Assembly (NCBI GenBank): GCA_030550235.1
Contig: JAUQPU010000013.1
Coordinates: forward strand, 1 to 15,864
DNA length: 15,864 nucleotides
Direction of reading: 5' to 3'
Source: Thermoproteota archaeon
GTDB lineage: Archaea > Thermoproteota > Nitrososphaeria_A > Caldarchaeales > Calditenuaceae
Shown here: positions 11,992 to 15,864 of the stretch, piece by piece
Layout: every line of letters begins with the position of its first letter
Position numbering within the stretch: the stretch's first letter is position 1
Program-made: the position numbers and the translations under genes
Notes under the pieces: generated by a model
Database searches by the model: none
What the model was told of the DNA's origin: nothing
What the model saw: the letters and a program-made list of their open reading frames with translations, nothing else

Positions 11992-13176
11992 TCAGCGCCT
12001 CGCCCTTCTGAACCTCTTAACCTCATCCTCCCTCATGGTTATCCCTAGCCCAGGTTTAGTCGGCGGCTCGAAGAATCCGTCCGAGTGTCTGATGGCGTCC
12101 CCAGCCAGGGCCTCCCTGAGAGGGTTGGGCCTGAGGTGGTACTCGATCATCGGCGAGTCGATTGTAAGAGCTGTATGGAGGCTTGCGACGAAGCCTATCC
12201 CTCCGGCCGAGTAGTGTGGTATGAGGGGGAGGCCATAGCTCCTCGCCAGCACACCGATCCTAAGCATCTCAGTTATGCCTCCGTTCCACGCCGCATCCGC
12301 CTGCACAATATCGACGGCATACCTTGAGATGAACTCTCTGAACTCGTGTACTGTGAAGGCTGTCTCGTAACCAGCTATCGGGATGTCCAGCTGCTCAGCC
12401 AGCCTAGTGCTCAGCTCCGGATAGTCGGTGGATATGGGCTCCTCGAAGAAGAGTATGCCGAGCCTCTCTAACCCTCTCCCCATCCTCAGGGCCTGGTTAA
12501 AGTCGTAGACGTTGTTGGCGTCCACCGCTATCCCAAGCCCATCCCCAAACCGCTCCCTCAGGGCTGAGAGACGCTTGAGGTCCTCCTCGACACTTAAGCC
12601 GCCTACCTTAATCTTCACGACGTTAAAGCCGCTCCTCACATAGCCCTCAACCTCCTCAATCAGCCTAGGAATATCCTTCTCGGGCCTATAGTAGCCCCCC
12701 GTAATGTACCCCTTAATGCGCCTAGTATTTCCGCCGAGTAGCTTATGTATCGGTGCTCCAAACTCCTTACCCGCCAGGTCCCAGAGGGCTATGTCGACGC
12801 CACTCATCGCAGAGACTATGATACCCCTTCTCCCAAGCCTAAAGGTCGCCCTATACATCTTGTCCCAGAGATGCCAGATGTTTGTAGACTCCTCACCCTT
12901 GACAATCCTGTTCAAAACGCTGTTAACAGTAACCTCCACGCTCTCGGGCGAGCCGTAGCCTATCGCCTCTCCGAAACCCACCTCACCGTCGGAAGTCTCA
13001 ACACGGACGAGGCAGACCTCCATGAGATGCTCAGCACCGCCAACAACAGCCAAAGCATCCCTCTCATAAAACTCGGTAAACTCTAAAACCTCACAACCCA
13101 CACTGGCGATCCTCAAGTGCGAGAAGAGAAACATCGCTGCGGGATTAAACTTTTTCCCACACAATCCGGGATGCAA
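11992..13176 (-). CDS. Enolase-superfamily enzyme, mandelate racemase/muconate-lactonizing subgroup (probable sugar-acid dehydratase)
   Basis: KxK motif FNVVKIKVGG, metal ligands in AVDANN / FFEEP / IAGYETA, then DIVQADAAWNGGIT and LIPHY. The track start is TTG at 13176. The ATG at 13134 (MFLFSHLRIASV...) is a plausible alternative. Confidence 0.85.
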   Translation of the reverse strand: MHPGLCGKKFNPAAMFLFSHLRIASVGCEVLEFTEFYERDALAVVGGAEHLMEVCLVRVETSDGEVGFGEAIGYGSPESVEVTVNSVLNRIVKGEESTNIWHLWDKMYRATFRLGRRGIIVSAMSGVDIALWDLAGKEFGAPIHKLLGGNTRRIKGYITGGYYRPEKDIPRLIEEVEGYVRSGFNVVKIKVGGLSVEEDLKRLSALRERFGDGLGIAVDANNVYDFNQALRMGRGLERLGILFFEEPISTDYPELSTRLAEQLDIPIAGYETAFTVHEFREFISRYAVDIVQADAAWNGGITEMLRIGVLARSYGLPLIPHYSAGGIGFVASLHTALTIDSPMIEYHLRPNPLREALAGDAIRHSDGFFEPPTKPGLGITMREDEVKRFRRARR

Positions 13177-13241
13177 GTCCCTGGCCCAGTACCACCGCGC
13201 GACAAGCCATGTTAAATCCCAGACCCAAACTACTCTAATGC

Positions 13242-13712
13242 GTGGAACTAAGAGTCATAGGATACGTGAAGGTCGACGCAGACGACGAATATGTGAAGGC
13301 GAACGCAGGGGCTGTGGCTGGGCGGGTAGAAATACTCCCAGAATACGGGGAAGCCCTAGACGGTCTCCAAAACTACTCGCACATATTCATAATATCCATA
13401 CTGCATAAAATCCCCCAAGAGAGTAGGGGCCTGCTGAAAGTGAAGCCTAGGAGACTCCTCAAGCTGGGGCTAAGAGAGGAGGAAGTCCCCACGCTCGGAG
13501 TCTTCGCAACAGACTCACCAGCCAGACCAAACCCAATCGGCCTCACACTCGTAAAACTAGTAAAGAAACAGGGCAACACGCTATACGTAGAAGGCCTCGA
13601 CCTCTACAACGAAACACCAGTCATCGACATAAAACCATACAGACCAGAATACCGGGTGGAAGAATACACCTATCCCGACTGGGTCAAACACGACAAACCA
13701 GCAACACTATAG
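13242..13712 (+). CDS. tsaA: TrmO/TsaA-like (YaeB/UPF0066) tRNA methyltransferase family protein
   Basis: VIGYV start, RPNPIGLTLVKLV and GLDLYNETPVIDIKPY are the family signature blocks. GTG start, with ttaaat about 27 nt upstream. Confidence 0.8.
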   Translation: MELRVIGYVKVDADDEYVKANAGAVAGRVEILPEYGEALDGLQNYSHIFIISILHKIPQESRGLLKVKPRRLLKLGLREEEVPTLGVFATDSPARPNPIGLTLVKLVKKQGNTLYVEGLDLYNETPVIDIKPYRPEYRVEEYTYPDWVKHDKPATL

Positions 13713-13779
13713 CCTCCGTAAAGAGCAGACTCAATTTAAAATATCTCCACACCCATCATCTCTACGCGACCAGCTGGGA

Positions 13780-13854
13780 GCTCCGGTAGTATAGCCCGGT
13801 CAAGTATGCGGGCCTCTCGAGCCCGAGACCCGGGTTCAAATCCCGGCCGGAGCA
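13780..13854 (+). tRNA. tRNA-Glu (anticodon CUC)
   Basis: Acceptor GCTCCGG/CCGGAGC plus A. Anticodon stem CGGGC/GCCCG with loop CT-CTC-GA (anticodon 13816-13818). T arm CCGGG-TTCAAAT-CCCGG. 75 nt. A TATA-like aatttaaaata lies about 40 nt upstream. Confidence 0.92.
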
Positions 13855-13860
13855 CACGCA

Positions 13861-13865
13861 TTTTT
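13861..13865 (+). terminator. Oligo-T terminator after tRNA-Glu
   Basis: A ttttt run 7 nt after the discriminator base, followed by a small hairpin aagcc-ttgacag-ggctt. Confidence 0.5.
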
Positions 13866-13978
13866 CACAAAGCCTTGACAGGGCTTACCTGATACAATAT
13901 GTTTGAAGAGCCTCACTCGATATATGGTCTATGCAAGTAAATAGCTATTTATGCTCTTTTCAATTATGTTTTATTAAG

Positions 13979-13988
13979 TTTTTTATAC
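13979..13988 (+). promoter_or_regulatory. TATA box for the membrane-protein gene
   Basis: ttttttatac in a very A+T-rich spacer. It sits about 21-30 nt upstream of the TTG at 14009 and about 33-42 nt upstream of the ATG at 14021. Confidence 0.4.
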
Positions 13989-14008
13989 AGCGATGATGAT
14001 TTCCTCTA

Positions 14009-15454
14009 TTGAAGGTTCTCATGGAGAAGACTTTGCGTCTTGGCCTAAACTTGCCGATGTTTGTTGCGGCGACAATCGCTATTGCGACGGGGACTCTGGT
14101 CGGGATGCTGGGGATATGGACAGCCGCGGCATGGGGGCGACCAGTGCCTGAGTGGGAGAAGGTCGGCCACGCCCACACCTCATGGTGGTCAGTCCTCATA
14201 CTGATAGCCGCGATGGTGCTGCCCAGCCTACAGCTAAAATCGTGGGCCAAGAAGCTGATAATTGCAGGCACCTTTATAGGCCCAACGGTCTGGATAGGTG
14301 TTCTGGCGACGTACTATGAGATAGGCGGACCCGCTATCTGGAGGTTAGAATATCCCGCACTTCCAGGAACATATTATGAACTTCCACTGATTGGCGTCAT
14401 TGCCGCGGTGCTTGAGCTGTTAGGGTTTGTGGCTTTAGGGATCGTCGGCCTCTCGGCTTCGGGAATAAACCTTCCAGTAATATCCGCGAAGGAGCCATCG
14501 AAGTCCAAGTATGACTTCCTCTCAGACATCGAGGTTCCTCGGAGGATATTCCTGATTCCAACTCTTGTAATAGCCTTCTCCGTCATAGTTGGAATAGCGA
14601 TAAACGCTGTATTCAAGGTGTTCCATCAACCCATATCACCCGCGGCCCTTGTTCAGCTACACGACCACACGGCTCTCTTAGCCTCGAGCAGCATGTTAAT
14701 TCTCATCATGATGAGTGCTCTACGTGTGAGAGCCAGCATACAGAACCTTGGATACAGGTTGATGCAAATAGCCCTACCACTAACGGTTGTCGGCTTACTG
14801 GCCTTTAATCTGGCTGGGCTGCCGAGCATAGTTTGGGTTATTCCAGCTGGCATCTATTACCTCTTAATCCTTCTAGCAATTCCCGCGGCGATGGGTATCT
14901 ACTCGCAGAGCGGGGTAGAAAGTCAAGCTAATGAAGGAAAACCCTCCACAGCGTTTAGGATAGCCTTAACCGTCTGCTTCGCCGGTCTGGCCATTCTGAT
15001 CGGCGTCGGGGCCTTCATCGCGTTGACGTGGAATACTTCTCCAGACGTCACCGTGACTTACAAGCAGCCTGAAGGTGCTCCGTATCCGGGGCCCTATCCA
15101 GAAGTATACTTAGGCACGGCGCCGGTGAAAGGGACACCGCGGGGGCTTGAAAATGCGCATCTAAGCCCGGGTAGCTGGTATCACGTCGGGATATCTTGGC
15201 TTCTCATATTATCCGTCTTCGGCGTCTCGATTTATGGAACTAAGAGGATCGGGTTACTCTACCTCTACGCTGTGACGATACCTTTGGCTCCGACCTTCAA
15301 CATGTTGGGGAGATTCCTCGCATGGCTCGGCATCCCCAATGGTATAGGGGCCTTATGGTTCGCGGGCCACCCGCTCAAGGGGTTCAACCTGATAAGCCTC
15401 TTCATCGCGGCTTTAATTGTCACATACTTGATCTCGAGGAGAAAAACAACATAA
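14009..15454 (+). CDS. Polytopic (~12 TM) integral membrane protein of unknown function with repeated His motifs
   Basis: A 481-codon ORF with about 12 hydrophobic helices by eye. The start is either TTG 14009 or ATG 14021 (MEKTLRLG...). I recognise no family signature. Confidence 0.7.
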   Translation: MKVLMEKTLRLGLNLPMFVAATIAIATGTLVGMLGIWTAAAWGRPVPEWEKVGHAHTSWWSVLILIAAMVLPSLQLKSWAKKLIIAGTFIGPTVWIGVLATYYEIGGPAIWRLEYPALPGTYYELPLIGVIAAVLELLGFVALGIVGLSASGINLPVISAKEPSKSKYDFLSDIEVPRRIFLIPTLVIAFSVIVGIAINAVFKVFHQPISPAALVQLHDHTALLASSSMLILIMMSALRVRASIQNLGYRLMQIALPLTVVGLLAFNLAGLPSIVWVIPAGIYYLLILLAIPAAMGIYSQSGVESQANEGKPSTAFRIALTVCFAGLAILIGVGAFIALTWNTSPDVTVTYKQPEGAPYPGPYPEVYLGTAPVKGTPRGLENAHLSPGSWYHVGISWLLILSVFGVSIYGTKRIGLLYLYAVTIPLAPTFNMLGRFLAWLGIPNGIGALWFAGHPLKGFNLISLFIAALIVTYLISRRKTT

Positions 15455-15544
15455 CGATTAATCAAAAAAGGGGACTTATTTCGGACACGTTCGGGTGGTT
15501 AAAGGGTGGTTTATGAGCAGGCTTCAAGACGGTCCCCCTGAATG

Positions 15545-15864
15545 TTAAGTATTCCCAGATTCATTAGACCCGAGAGGGTTGCCCTTCACAGCCAGAAGGC
15601 TGAGACCCATGACAAATACTGGAACGCAGCTCAGAGGGAGCATCTCCACGATCCTCTCCGCTCTGTCGAAATATTCCTCGCTTCTTCTGTGGAAGTTCCA
15701 TCCGCCGTCCGGGGAGGCCTCAAATGGCTCGACATAATTTGCCGACTCACTTCTATCATGCTGAGGCAAGATGTTTATCTGAAGAGCGTTGAAGCCCTGC
15801 ATCCTCCTGTAATCAAGGTAATACCTACACTCGCTGAGGGTTGGGTTGGTAAAGCCGCTCCACC
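15545..15864 (-). CDS. 3' part of an ORF entering from the right edge; TIM-barrel glycoside-hydrolase-like (GH5/DUF4038-like) N-terminal region, apparently ending prematurely
   Basis: The frame of the listed 85-aa ORF stays open upstream to position 15864 by my translation: ...WSGFTNPTLSECRYYLDYRRMQGFNALQINIL.... The pattern E..YL..R...GFN.LQI, then N...PF, then EEYFDRAERIVEM resembles the first strands of DUF4038/GH5-type barrels as I remember them. Confidence 0.4.
   Translation of the reverse strand, partial: WSGFTNPTLSECRYYLDYRRMQGFNALQINILPQHDRSESANYVEPFEASPDGGWNFHRRSEEYFDRAERIVEMLPLSCVPVFVMGLSLLAVKGNPLGSNESGNT

Noticed and set aside
11003-12958. Short ORFs on both strands inside the SIS and enolase-family genes (e.g. 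11003..11206+, 11016..11216-, 11477..11671+, 11560..11826+, 11574..11795-, 11823..12011+, 11984..12214+, 12085..12327+, 12704..12958+, 12745..13086+)
   Set aside because: They overlap well-supported CDSs and have no features of their own.
13992-13999. Perfect C-box-like gatgatga upstream of the membrane-protein gene
   Set aside because: No CTGA D box or terminal-stem complement lies within 50-70 nt. It sits between the TATA box and the start codon, so it is more likely just 5' region sequence.
13960-15465. Minus-strand ORFs 13960..14271, 14374..14616, 14653..14853 and 15265..15465, plus 15322..15516(+)
   Set aside because: They are antisense to or out of frame with the long, clearly hydrophobic membrane-protein ORF, and have no independent support.
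13855-15540. Lower G+C downstream of tRNA-Glu as evidence for a horizontally acquired island integrated at the tRNA
   Set aside because: Spot counts of 60-nt lines give about 43-55% GC here, but the APC permease (also hydrophobic, Ile/Leu/Phe-rich) gives similar values. I found no repeat of the tRNA-Glu 3' end and no integrase. The composition is explained by membrane-protein amino-acid content.
1-15864. Scan for CRISPR arrays, transposase/IS ends, integrases, toxin-antitoxin pairs, restriction-modification or other defence modules, and rRNA genes
   Set aside because: I saw no regularly spaced direct repeats of 24-40 nt and no terminal inverted repeats flanking an ORF. No ORF has nuclease/ATPase/methylase defence-type signatures. 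The DUF429 nuclease is a solitary, widely conserved archaeal gene. The window looks like core chromosome.

Overview
This is an archaeal chromosomal segment (GC-rich, about 55% by eye). It carries mostly housekeeping genes, many with GTG/TTG starts and TATA-like boxes about 25 nt upstream.

The most notable locus is a 618-bp non-coding region (2149-2766). It holds ORB-like Orc1-binding repeats and a stretch of about 75% A+T directly upstream of orc1/cdc6 (2767-4038). The orc1 gene overlaps by 17 nt the gene for the DNA polymerase D small subunit DP1 (4022-5455). I read this as a candidate chromosomal replication origin. PolD is absent from Thermoprotei, so its presence argues for a euryarchaeal or a Thaum/Aig/Kor/Bathy-type lineage.

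Other content:
- Three tRNA genes: Pro-UGG, Trp-CCA with a 27-nt intron, and Glu-CUC.
- Two paralogous stand-alone RAM (Lrp/AsnC ligand-binding) mini-proteins.
- A DUF429-type nuclease and an alpha/beta hydrolase.
- An APC permease fused to a degenerate USP domain.
- An FAH-family hydrolase, a malic enzyme and a DtxR/MntR-type repressor.
- A GlmS-isomerase-like SIS protein next to an enolase-superfamily enzyme.
- A TrmO/TsaA-like protein.
- A roughly 12-TM membrane protein I cannot assign, with repeated His motifs.
- At the right edge, an ORF that looks like a truncated glycoside-hydrolase-like gene.

I see no CRISPR array, integrase, transposase or recognisable defence or toxin module. I do not find a convincing novel multi-gene system. 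The findings are mostly origin architecture, tRNA oddities and one orphan membrane protein. All motif counts are hand counts from the sequence, and all family calls rest on remembered family signatures, not searches.
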